Source: Clostridiales bacterium
GTDB lineage: Bacteria > Bacillota > Clostridia > Oscillospirales > CAG-272
Length of the DNA: 64,000 nucleotides
Assembly (NCBI GenBank): GCA_012800735.1
Contig: JAAZIU010000042.1
Span: 36,809-100,808 of the forward strand
Reading direction: 5' to 3'
The translations under genes and the position numbers were made by a program. Positions 9,365-18,007 of the stretch are shown here, piece after piece (positions within the stretch are counted from its first letter, which is position 1; every line of letters begins with the position of its first letter). A model generated the notes under the pieces. It ran no database searches. It saw only the letters and a list, made by a program, of their open reading frames with translations, and had not been told where the DNA came from.

Positions 9365-10900
9365 TTATTGCCCCCAATATTTTCTGTCGAGTGAGCGGAA
9401 CTGCAGCGCCTGCGCAACATCGCCTTCGTTAAGATCTGCGCGTCCGTCAAGATCGGCTATCGTTCTTGAAACACGAAGTATTCTGTCATAACCGCGCGCC
9501 GAAAGTCCCATTCTTTCAAATGCAAGCTCTAAGATTTTAGACGCAGCATCATTTAAACGACAGTATTTACGTATCTGCATAGGAGAGAGATCGGCATTGA
9601 CGCGAATTTTCTCGCCGTTTTTTAAATAACGCTCCTGCGCAAATTCTCTGGCTTTTATAACCCGTTTTCTTACAGATTCCGAACTTTCGGCGGGATCGGT
9701 GCGGTTCATATCCTGATATGTCACTGCCGGAACCTCAACTTCAATATCAATCCTGTCAAGCAAAGGACCGCTGACTTTGGAGATATACTTTTTGCGCTCA
9801 GTTAAGGAACAGGTACACTTTCTGACGGTTGAACCGAAATATCCGCAGCGGCAGGGGTTCATTGCGCAGACAAGCATAAAGTCGGTTGGGAAGACAAAGC
9901 GTCCGGCGGCGCGTGAGATGGCGATTTCTTTGTTCTCAAGCGGTTGGCGGAGTATCTCGGTAACATTTTTTCCGTATTCCGGCAGCTCGTCCATGAAAAG
10001 CACCCCGTATTGCGCAAGCGAGATTTCCCCTGGCATCGGAATCTGCCCTCCGCCTGACAGAGATACCGCTGATGCGGTGTGATGAGGCGACCGAAACGGT
10101 CGCTGTGTTATCAGCGATTGACCGTCAGGGAGGAGTCCTGATATCGAATATATTTTGGTTATTTCAATCGATTCTTCAAAAGTAAGCGGAGGGAGTATTG
10201 TAGGGAGCCGATGAGCCAGCATACTTTTACCGCTTCCGGGCGGACCGATCATAAGCAGATTATGACCTCCCGCTGCTGAGATTTCAAGCGCTCGTTTAAC
10301 TGTTTGTTGTCCCTTGACATCGGCAAAATCTATCTCGTAATTTGACGATTGTCGCTCAAATATCTGACGGTCAAATTTTTCCGGCTGTAAGATTATATTT
10401 CCGTTAAGAAAATCTAATAACTGCCTAAGACTTGAAATTCCATAAACACTTACACCGTCGACAGCGGAGGCTTCTGCGGCGTTAGCCGCCGGAACGAAAA
10501 TCCGCTTTTTCCCCCCTTCTCTTGCAGCAAGCGTCATGCTCAGCGCCCCGCGAACCGGTTTTGTTTCTCCGGAAAGAGCCATTTCGCCGAAGAAACACAT
10601 ATCATCTTCGGTTCGTGTTATACCCATACCGCAGAGAATGCTTATAGTCATCGGGAGGTCATAAGCCGAGCCGCTTTTTTTAAGATCCGCGGGAGCAAGA
10701 TTTATGGTAATAGCAGGATCACCGAAAAAGTAACCGGAACTTTCGATTGCCGATCGTATCCTCTCTCTGGCTTCCTTAACGGATGCATCCGGCAGTCCGA
10801 CTATGTCAAAATGAGGTAGATCCTTCGTAACATTGCATTCGACGGTTATAAGAAATCCTTCGATGCCGTATATTCCGGCGCTGTATAATTTTGCCAGCAA
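9365..10900 (-). CDS. comM: YifB/ComM-family Mg-chelatase-like AAA+ ATPase
   Basis: Lon-like N-domain, Walker A GPPGSGKS, Walker B LFMDEL, and a Cys-rich insert CRCGYFGS...CTC. TTG start preceded by GGAGG. Confidence 0.9.
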   Translation of the reverse strand: MLAKLYSAGIYGIEGFLITVECNVTKDLPHFDIVGLPDASVKEARERIRSAIESSGYFFGDPAITINLAPADLKKSGSAYDLPMTISILCGMGITRTEDDMCFFGEMALSGETKPVRGALSMTLAAREGGKKRIFVPAANAAEASAVDGVSVYGISSLRQLLDFLNGNIILQPEKFDRQIFERQSSNYEIDFADVKGQQTVKRALEISAAGGHNLLMIGPPGSGKSMLAHRLPTILPPLTFEESIEITKIYSISGLLPDGQSLITQRPFRSPHHTASAVSLSGGGQIPMPGEISLAQYGVLFMDELPEYGKNVTEILRQPLENKEIAISRAAGRFVFPTDFMLVCAMNPCRCGYFGSTVRKCTCSLTERKKYISKVSGPLLDRIDIEVEVPAVTYQDMNRTDPAESSESVRKRVIKAREFAQERYLKNGEKIRVNADLSPMQIRKYCRLNDAASKILELAFERMGLSARGYDRILRVSRTIADLDGRADLNEGDVAQALQFRSLDRKYWGQ

Positions 10901-11008
10901 GCGTTTGAACCTCCTCTGATAATCTTGGAATTATTATATCATACTTTGACCTATATATCAAGAATATCAGTTGAAAATTTCAGAAACAGAAAATTTAAAA
11001 AAGTGGTA

Positions 11009-11037
11009 TTGACTTTATTTGTGACATATGATATAAT
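11009..11037 (+). promoter_or_regulatory. sigma-A type promoter of the T-box leader
   Basis: TTGACT (11009-11014), 17-nt spacer, TGaTATAAT (11032-11037). Confidence 0.7.
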
Positions 11038-11049
11038 ATTCAAAATATA

Positions 11050-11343
11050 AAAACGCAACGATAGGGATAAAACCCGTTTTGGCTGCATACAGAGAGCCGC
11101 TGTCAGGTGAAAAGCGGAGCGCCGTTCGGTTAATAACTCGCCCTTGAGCGGTCGGACTAAAAGCTGTAATAAATTTAAATATTTGATACAGTCAGTAAGG
11201 ACGGACGGGAGTTCCCGTTAAAGAACAGCGCGTTGTAGGACGTGTATAAGTGGGCTTTTAAGCCAAAATGAGTGGTACCGCGGTATGTTTTTTAGAAATA
11301 TTCCGTCTCATGCAGAATAATTTCTGTTTGAGACGGTTTTTTT
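11050..11343 (+). promoter_or_regulatory. T-box riboswitch leader; apparent specifier CUC (Leu)
   Basis: Elements occur in canonical order: AG bulge AGAGAG 11091-96, distal loop GGUGAAA 11106-12, F-box CCCGUUA 11214-20, T-box AAAAUGAGUGGUACCGCGG 11265-83. The terminator is CCGUCUCA/UGAGACGG plus U7 (11303-11343). Its 5' arm can instead pair with the T-box. The specifier loop 3' side reads AAUAACUCG before the closing CCC. Confidence 0.85.
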
Positions 11344-11378
11344 ATATTAATTTGAAACACATTACAAGGAGATTATTT

Positions 11379-13916
11379 ATGAAACTTGCATTTTCAACGC
11401 TTGGTTGTCCGGATTTTGACTGGTCCGATATTTATTCTATGGCGAAAGACTTCGGTTTTAACGGGATCGAGCTTAGAGGACTCGGAGATGAAATATTCTC
11501 AATACACGCCCATCCTTTCCGCCGTGAAAACATAGAATCCACAAGGAAGCAGCTTTCCGCTCTTCGTCTTGAAATTTGTTGTCTGTCATCCGGTTGTCCT
11601 ATAAATGACAAAGCTTCAGCTGAAGCGACTATTGCTGAGCTGAGAGAGTATATAGAAACAGCGGCTTTACTCGGCACACCGTATATTCGTGTGCTTGCAG
11701 ACAGCCGCGCCGAGCCTTCCGCTGAAGTCGATGATGATATTGTTATCGACAACTTAAAAGCTCTGGTTCCCTATGCCGAGGAAAAAGGCGTCATATTGCT
11801 TGTTGAAACCAACGGGGCATATGCGGATACCCGAAGACTTGCAAATGTTTTGAATGAGATTGCTTCGGATAACGTTGCCGCGCTCTGGGATTTTCATCAT
11901 CCATACCGTTTTTTTGACGAATCTGCCGAAACCACTATTCAGAATCTGGGAGCCTATATTAAATATTGTCATATCAAGGATTCGGTAATTGAAAATGAAG
12001 TTGTAGTATATAGGATGTGCGGCGAGGGAGATCTGCCTATCGAATCCTTTATCAACGCTTTAAAGTCTGTCAATTACGACGGCTATATATCTCTCGAATG
12101 GCTGAAAAAATACGCACCTGAGCTCTCTGACGCCGGTATTGTTTTCCCGCACTACGCTAATTTCATGAGCAGATTCATGGAAAGCGATGATATGTCTGGG
12201 CGTCTGATAGACAACCTTCGTCGAGACGGCGGAAAATTTGTTTGGCCGAAAGAACGCCACATTGATCTGACTTTTCCGCAGGTGCTTGACCGCATGTGCG
12301 ATGAATTTCCCGATCAATATGCTTTTCGCTATACAACGCATGATTATACCCGAACCTATCCTCAATTCCGCGATGATGTCGACAAATTCGCCCGTTCGCT
12401 GATCGCTATGGGAGTTAAGCCGCAGGATAAGGTAGCAATATGGGCAACCAATATTCCCGCTTGGTTTATTACATTCTGGGCAACAGTCAAGATTGGCGCA
12501 ATACTCGTCACCGTAAATACGGCATACAAGGTTCACGAAGCTGAGTATCTTTTCCGTCAATCGGATACCCATACACTTGTTATGATAGACGGTTTTAAGG
12601 ATTCGAATTATGTTGAAATAATCAACAAGATCATACCCGAGCTGAAAGATCATGATAAACGCCGACCGCTCCACTCGAAAAAACTGCCGTTTTTACGTAA
12701 TATCATCAGCTGTGAATCGGAAATCCCCGGATGCTGGAGCTGGGATGAGGCTTTGGAAATAAGCTCATCGGTTCCCGTTGAGGAGGTATACCGCAGAGCC
12801 GCTGTGCTTAACAAAAACGACGTATGTAACATGCAGTATACTTCCGGCACAACTGGCTTTCCCAAGGGAGTAATGCTGACACATTACAATATCGTGAATA
12901 ACGGCAAAGCGATTGGCGACTGCATGGATCTGTCTACATCAGATCGGATGATGATCCAGGTTCCGATGTTCCATTGTTTCGGGATGGTGCTCTCGATGAC
13001 AGCATCAATGACACATGGGGTGACAATGTCTCCCATACCGTATTTTTCACCTCGGATTTCGCTTGACTGTATCAACAAGGAGAAAATCACCTGCTTCCAG
13101 GGCGTTCCGACCATGTTCATAGCAATGATGAACGTTCCGGAATTCGAAACCACCGACTTCTCACATGTACGCACCGGAATCATGGCCGGATCTCCTTGTC
13201 CTGTTAAGTATATGCAGGATGTCATTGATAAGATGAATATGAAGGAGATATGTATCACCTTCGGTCAGACCGAAACATCGCCTGCTACTCTTATGTCTAA
13301 GACTACCGATACTGTCGAACAAAGGGTTAACACCGTCGGGCTTCCCATTTTCGGAGTTGAAACGAAAATCATTAATCCTGAAACGGGGGAAGAGCTCGGT
13401 CCTAACGAGGATGGAGAATTCTGTTCCCGCGGTTATAACACAATGAAAGGGTATTATAAAATGCCCGCCGCAACCGCCGCGGTGATTGATAAAGACGGTT
13501 GGGTGCACAGCGGGGATATGCTTCGCCGCCTGCCGGACGGATATTACAAGGTTACCGGCCGACTCAAAGATATGATCATACGCGGAGGAGAAAACATCTA
13601 TCCGAAGGAAATTGAAGACTTTATCTATACCCATCCTAAGGTTAAAGATGTACAGGTTATAGGCGTCCCTGACAAGGATTACGGCGAAGAAATAATGGCT
13701 TGCATAATTCTGAAAGATGATGTCGAAGAATGTACAGAGGAAGAAATCCGCGACTATGTCCGCGCTAATATGGCAAAACAAAAGGTTCCGCGTTATGTCG
13801 ATTTTGTCGATTCATTTCCAATGAATGCGGCAGGGAAGATAATGAAATATAAGATGCGGGAAACTGCTACCGAAAAACTGAATCTTCAGAAAGCTGCCGA
13901 AATTGTAACCGCATAA
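11379..13916 (+). CDS. fusion protein: N-terminal xylose-isomerase-like TIM barrel + C-terminal AMP-forming acyl-CoA ligase
   Basis: ORF trimmed to MKLAFSTLGCPD (ATG 11379, AAGGAG RBS). The first ~280 aa resemble the stand-alone TIM-barrel genes in this window. The remaining ~560 aa carry YTSGTTGFPKGV, the GQTE motif and the C-terminal GKIMKYK lysine motif. Confidence 0.8.
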   Translation: MKLAFSTLGCPDFDWSDIYSMAKDFGFNGIELRGLGDEIFSIHAHPFRRENIESTRKQLSALRLEICCLSSGCPINDKASAEATIAELREYIETAALLGTPYIRVLADSRAEPSAEVDDDIVIDNLKALVPYAEEKGVILLVETNGAYADTRRLANVLNEIASDNVAALWDFHHPYRFFDESAETTIQNLGAYIKYCHIKDSVIENEVVVYRMCGEGDLPIESFINALKSVNYDGYISLEWLKKYAPELSDAGIVFPHYANFMSRFMESDDMSGRLIDNLRRDGGKFVWPKERHIDLTFPQVLDRMCDEFPDQYAFRYTTHDYTRTYPQFRDDVDKFARSLIAMGVKPQDKVAIWATNIPAWFITFWATVKIGAILVTVNTAYKVHEAEYLFRQSDTHTLVMIDGFKDSNYVEIINKIIPELKDHDKRRPLHSKKLPFLRNIISCESEIPGCWSWDEALEISSSVPVEEVYRRAAVLNKNDVCNMQYTSGTTGFPKGVMLTHYNIVNNGKAIGDCMDLSTSDRMMIQVPMFHCFGMVLSMTASMTHGVTMSPIPYFSPRISLDCINKEKITCFQGVPTMFIAMMNVPEFETTDFSHVRTGIMAGSPCPVKYMQDVIDKMNMKEICITFGQTETSPATLMSKTTDTVEQRVNTVGLPIFGVETKIINPETGEELGPNEDGEFCSRGYNTMKGYYKMPAATAAVIDKDGWVHSGDMLRRLPDGYYKVTGRLKDMIIRGGENIYPKEIEDFIYTHPKVKDVQVIGVPDKDYGEEIMACIILKDDVEECTEEEIRDYVRANMAKQKVPRYVDFVDSFPMNAAGKIMKYKMRETATEKLNLQKAAEIVTA

Positions 13917-13925
13917 CTAAAAAGA

Positions 13926-13953
13926 GAAGCCCGTTTTTTAGGGCTTCCTTTTT
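13926..13953. terminator. bidirectional intrinsic terminator
   Basis: GAAGCCC-gtttttta-GGGCTTC flanked by an A-run and a T-run. Confidence 0.7.
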
Positions 13954-13967
13954 CATTTATTTAAATT

Positions 13968-15044
13968 TCATCCTATTATTTTTCCGCCCCCGAGAACGGT
14001 GTCTCCGTTATATAGAACAGCTGACTGCCCCGGGCAGACAACCCGCGGTTCAGATGTTTCAATATGAACAATACCACGGGTGTCTGTATATACTACAGCT
14101 TCAGTTTCAGGCTGACGATATCTCAGGCGAACGGTGCATCTGAGCTTATTTTCGGGTGGTTTACCGGAAATCCAATGAAAATCAGAAACGATACACTTGT
14201 TTTGCATAAGCTCCTCTTTTGTTCCGACGGTAATAGTATTATTTTCCGCGTCCAGCGCAGTTACATAAAGCGGAACTTCGCTTATTAGCCCGAGATTCTT
14301 ATGCTGACCGACGGTATATCTGATTAGACCTTTGTGTCTCCCCAAAAGCTTGCCGCTATTGTCTTTAATATCGCCCGGTTCAGTTTTTCTGCCGGTATAA
14401 CGCTCAAAAAAGGCAACACGATTGCCATCGGGAATAAAGCAGATATCCTGACTGTCGCGCTTTCCTGCATTGTCAAAACCGCAGCGTTCTGCAAAAAGAC
14501 GAATGTCTTCCTTTGAAAGACCGCCTAACGGAAATATGGTGCGCGCAAGCTGTTTCTGATTAAGAAAATACAGAACATAACTCTGGTCTTTCGAAGAGTC
14601 AAAGGATTTATTTAGTAAAAAATAGTTTTCGCAGACATCTATTCTTGCGTAGTGACCGGTAGCTATATATCCGCATCCGAGTTCTTCGGCAATGCTGTAT
14701 AGTCGGCCAAATTTCATAAAGCGGTTACATTCAATGCAGGGATTCGGAGTTTTCCCGGCTTTATATACTGCAATAAATTCATCTATAACGTTCTTATTAA
14801 ATTCTTCCCTGAAATCAAAAACATAATGAGGAATACCGAGTAAGTCGCAAGCTGCCCGGGCGTCTTCAATTTCAGAGCTAAAGCAGCAGTCACGGTCAGT
14901 ATTTAATATGGCAGTTTCCTTATCAAATAAATGCAGAGTACAGCCGATACACTCATAACCATTTTTAGCAAGTAAGGCGGCGGCGGCGCTGCTGTCGACG
15001 CCGCCGCTCATGGCGACCAGAACTTTTCTGTTTTCAGATGACAT
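13968..15044 (-). CDS. mnmA: tRNA 2-thiouridine(34) synthase
   Basis: PP-loop VLVAMSGGVDSS and the conserved Cys residues of MnmA. Confidence 0.9.
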   Translation of the reverse strand: MSSENRKVLVAMSGGVDSSAAAALLAKNGYECIGCTLHLFDKETAILNTDRDCCFSSEIEDARAACDLLGIPHYVFDFREEFNKNVIDEFIAVYKAGKTPNPCIECNRFMKFGRLYSIAEELGCGYIATGHYARIDVCENYFLLNKSFDSSKDQSYVLYFLNQKQLARTIFPLGGLSKEDIRLFAERCGFDNAGKRDSQDICFIPDGNRVAFFERYTGRKTEPGDIKDNSGKLLGRHKGLIRYTVGQHKNLGLISEVPLYVTALDAENNTITVGTKEELMQNKCIVSDFHWISGKPPENKLRCTVRLRYRQPETEAVVYTDTRGIVHIETSEPRVVCPGQSAVLYNGDTVLGGGKIIG

Positions 15045-15597
15045 TTTCAGACGCTCTCATAGCTTCAATTGTTAAGCTGAAAAGCTTATCTAAATCCCAA
15101 GAAAGCAACTCGGCGCCGGAAACAATAACATCTCTTGAACATCCGGCTGCAAAACGCTTGTCTTTAAATTTCTTTTTCAGTGATTTCAGCTCAAGATCGT
15201 TTACAGTCTTTGTCGGGAGTACCTTTGCGGCGGCTAAAATAAGCCCGGTCAACTCATCCGTGGCGTAAAGCACCTTCTCCATTTCATGTTCCGGTTTTAC
15301 ATCCACATTTATTCCCCAGCAATGAGATACACATGCGCGAATAAGTCGAGGTTCAAGGTTCAGCGACTCCATGATCTCACGGCTTTTAATGCAATGTTCA
15401 TCCGGGTATTTCTCAAAATCCAGGTCGTGCAGAATGCCGACGGTTTCCCAGAAATCAGCTTCATCCGCATATCCGAGTTTAACGGCAAACCAGCGCATAA
15501 CATCGCCGACTATTTTTCCGTGAAGGAGATGGTATTCGCCGGAATTATACTCACATAGCAGATCGTAAGCCTGCTTTTTATTAAGTGTTACAGACAT
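15034..15597 (-). CDS. HD/HDIG-domain phosphohydrolase
   Basis: H...HD motif (LLHGKIV...GILHDLD). It overlaps mnmA by 11 nt. Confidence 0.7.
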   Translation of the reverse strand: MSVTLNKKQAYDLLCEYNSGEYHLLHGKIVGDVMRWFAVKLGYADEADFWETVGILHDLDFEKYPDEHCIKSREIMESLNLEPRLIRACVSHCWGINVDVKPEHEMEKVLYATDELTGLILAAAKVLPTKTVNDLELKSLKKKFKDKRFAAGCSRDVIVSGAELLSWDLDKLFSLTIEAMRASENVI

Positions 15598-15631
15598 TAT
15601 TGATTACCATTATTAAGGCTGTTTTTATAAT

Positions 15632-16600
15632 TTATCCAAAGAAATCTTTTATATCATTGATAGTGCCGTAAGAGTCAATCGCGCCTTTACTTGTTACCGA
15701 ATAAGCCGCATATTTCTGAGCGAAGTCAAGGTCAGATAATATTTCTTCTTTATCGGGGTTCGCAAGACAGGATAAGTCGCAGTTGCGCTTAACCATCCGA
15801 TATAGCACAGCACCGGTGAAAGCGTCGCCGGCGCCCGTTGTATCAACTGCTTTGACTTGATATGCCTGTCTTGTCTCATCAATGCCTTTAGCAATAACAC
15901 GAGCGCCTTTCGAACCGAGTGTATTATAAACTATCTCAGCGGTTTTGCGTATTTCCGCTAAAGCCGCTTCCTTATCAAAGCTGTAAATAAAATCGACTTC
16001 GTCATCGGAAATTTTAACGACATTTGCATAAGGCAGGAACTCAAGTATTGTTTTGCGACAGTCATCCTCATTTTTCCAAAGCGGCAGCCTAACGTTTGGA
16101 TCGAAGCTTATGATAAGCCCTCTGTTTTTCGCTATTTCAATCGCCTTTCGCGTTGCGTATTTGACGGGCGCGTCAATTAAATCAACAGAACTGAAGTGTA
16201 GTATAGCCGAGTCGGAACAAAATTCGTTTTGAATTTCGGCTATGTCGTTTACATCAAGCAGCATATCGGCGCCGGGATCGCGGTAGAAGCTGAAATCACG
16301 CTCGCCGTCTGCGCGAAGGGTAACAAACGCTAAAGTGGTTTTAGCTCTGTCGGTTTTAAAAACCCAGGAAACATCAACGCCGATTTTCTCCAGCGTTTCT
16401 TTAATATAATCACCGAACGGATCAAGTCCGACTTTGGTTATTAGCGAAGCTCTTCCTCCGAGGCGTGCAATCGCGGCGGCTACATTTGCCGGACCACCTC
16501 CGCATACGCGACGGAAGTTTTCAACATCTTTCATGTAAACGCCGCTTCTGTCCGGAATGAAGTCAATCAAAGCTTCACCGATGCAAACAATTCTCTTCAT
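15632..16600 (-). CDS. PfkB-family carbohydrate kinase (fructokinase-like)
   Basis: N-terminal CIGEALIDF, GGGPANVA, and the C-terminal DTTGAGDAF signature. Confidence 0.8.
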   Translation of the reverse strand: MKRIVCIGEALIDFIPDRSGVYMKDVENFRRVCGGGPANVAAAIARLGGRASLITKVGLDPFGDYIKETLEKIGVDVSWVFKTDRAKTTLAFVTLRADGERDFSFYRDPGADMLLDVNDIAEIQNEFCSDSAILHFSSVDLIDAPVKYATRKAIEIAKNRGLIISFDPNVRLPLWKNEDDCRKTILEFLPYANVVKISDDEVDFIYSFDKEAALAEIRKTAEIVYNTLGSKGARVIAKGIDETRQAYQVKAVDTTGAGDAFTGAVLYRMVKRNCDLSCLANPDKEEILSDLDFAQKYAAYSVTSKGAIDSYGTINDIKDFFG

Positions 16601-16613
16601 TTATTTCCCTTGT

Positions 16614-17078
16614 TTATTTATGCTTCATGCGTTCTTCGCGTCGCCTGACAGCATCGTCGAATTCGGCGCGCTCTTCATCATTGCGAAGTAATAGCTTAGG
16701 AACCTCTGTCGGCTTTTCGTTTTCGTCAAGCGCAACCATGACAAAATATGCACTGTTTGCGAGGGTACGTGTACCGTCAAGCGCTTCGATATGCGCCTCA
16801 ACCTTTACTTCCATAGAAGTTCTGCCGGCCCAGGTTACCTTTCCTGTAATCGTCACCGTGTCGTTTAAATGAGCCGGAGAGCGGAACTGCAGGCTGTCGA
16901 TGCAGGCGGTTGTGATGTTATGATTTGAATGTCGCCTCGCCGCAACGCCGGCGACAACATCCATCCACTTTATAAGCTGGCCGCCAAACAAGCGGTCGGC
17001 GCCGTTGATATGCTCCGGCATTATTATCTGAACCTGGATTGTCAGTGACTGATCGGGTGTTTTATAATTATTTTCCAT
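16614..17078 (-). CDS. acyl-CoA thioesterase (hotdog fold, YciA/YkhA-like)
   Basis: MPEHINGADRLFGGQLIKWMD...TSMEV is typical of BFIT/YciA thioesterases. Confidence 0.8.
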   Translation of the reverse strand: MENNYKTPDQSLTIQVQIIMPEHINGADRLFGGQLIKWMDVVAGVAARRHSNHNITTACIDSLQFRSPAHLNDTVTITGKVTWAGRTSMEVKVEAHIEALDGTRTLANSAYFVMVALDENEKPTEVPKLLLRNDEERAEFDDAVRRREERMKHK

Positions 17079-17139
17079 AAAATTAATACTGTATTGCAGG
17101 CGGCGCTTTTGCGCCGCCTGTCAGAATGATAAAATAGAA

Positions 17140-17961
17140 TTACCAGCCAAGAGATTTTAGATATCTGCGGCTTTTAGCCACAGCATCGATTGAGGGGCAC
17201 TCAAGTGAACTGTCCTGCTCGACGATAACATATTCGGCTCCTGCATTAATTGAAGCCTCAAGGATCGCGGGAATATCCTGAACACCGTCGCCTAAAGGCT
17301 GGAAACGGAACTCGTCACCGGCTACAGCTTTCTTGTCTGTACCTAAAAGACCGTACATATTCTCGGTCTTTTGTCCCTTGTAATCTTTAAGATGAACGAC
17401 AGGAGAGCGTCCGGTATATTTGCGGATATATTCAACCGGATCCTGACCGGCTACCTTTACCCAGCAGACATCAAGCTGTGTTTTAAGATGTCTTTCGGGA
17501 ACATGCGAATACATGTAATCAAGTCCGAATTCGCCGTCAGGCATGGTGATAAATTCAAAGTCATGATTATGGTAAAGCAGAATTATATCCTTATCAGCAA
17601 ATATTTCGCCGATACGGTTGATATTTTTAAGTACCTTGTCGAAATCCGGAGCGCCGGGTCTCGTTTTTTCGTCAAGGAAGGGAATAGCGATAAATTTGCA
17701 GCCAACAGCTTTATATGTATCTGCAGTGGCATCCGGATCCGCAAGCATTTCGTCATAACCGATATGGGCAGAGATTATTTTTATACCGACATCGTCGGCA
17801 ATCTTTTTTATTGACTCCGGCGTTTCGCCGTAAAGTCCGCCAAGCTCTGCGTAATCGTAACCTATCTCTTTAACCTTTTCCATTGTGGCTCGGAAATCCT
17901 TTTCAAGGAAATCACGCACCGAATAAAGCTGAAGTCCGACCGGTAAAGTTTTCTTTTTCAT
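17140..17961 (-). CDS. sugar phosphate isomerase/epimerase (xylose isomerase-like TIM barrel)
   Basis: Trimmed to MKKKTLPVG (GGAGG 8 nt upstream). Contains HNHDFEF and HLKD motifs. Confidence 0.75.
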   Translation of the reverse strand: MKKKTLPVGLQLYSVRDFLEKDFRATMEKVKEIGYDYAELGGLYGETPESIKKIADDVGIKIISAHIGYDEMLADPDATADTYKAVGCKFIAIPFLDEKTRPGAPDFDKVLKNINRIGEIFADKDIILLYHNHDFEFITMPDGEFGLDYMYSHVPERHLKTQLDVCWVKVAGQDPVEYIRKYTGRSPVVHLKDYKGQKTENMYGLLGTDKKAVAGDEFRFQPLGDGVQDIPAILEASINAGAEYVIVEQDSSLECPSIDAVAKSRRYLKSLGW

Positions 17962-18007
17962 GATATATACCTCCATAATAGTTTTATAAATCTATAAAAT
18001 ACTTACA

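Noticed and set aside
11268-11378. N-terminal extension of the fusion-protein ORF
   Set aside because: This stretch is the T-box, antiterminator and terminator sequence. The real start is the ATG at 11379, behind AAGGAG.
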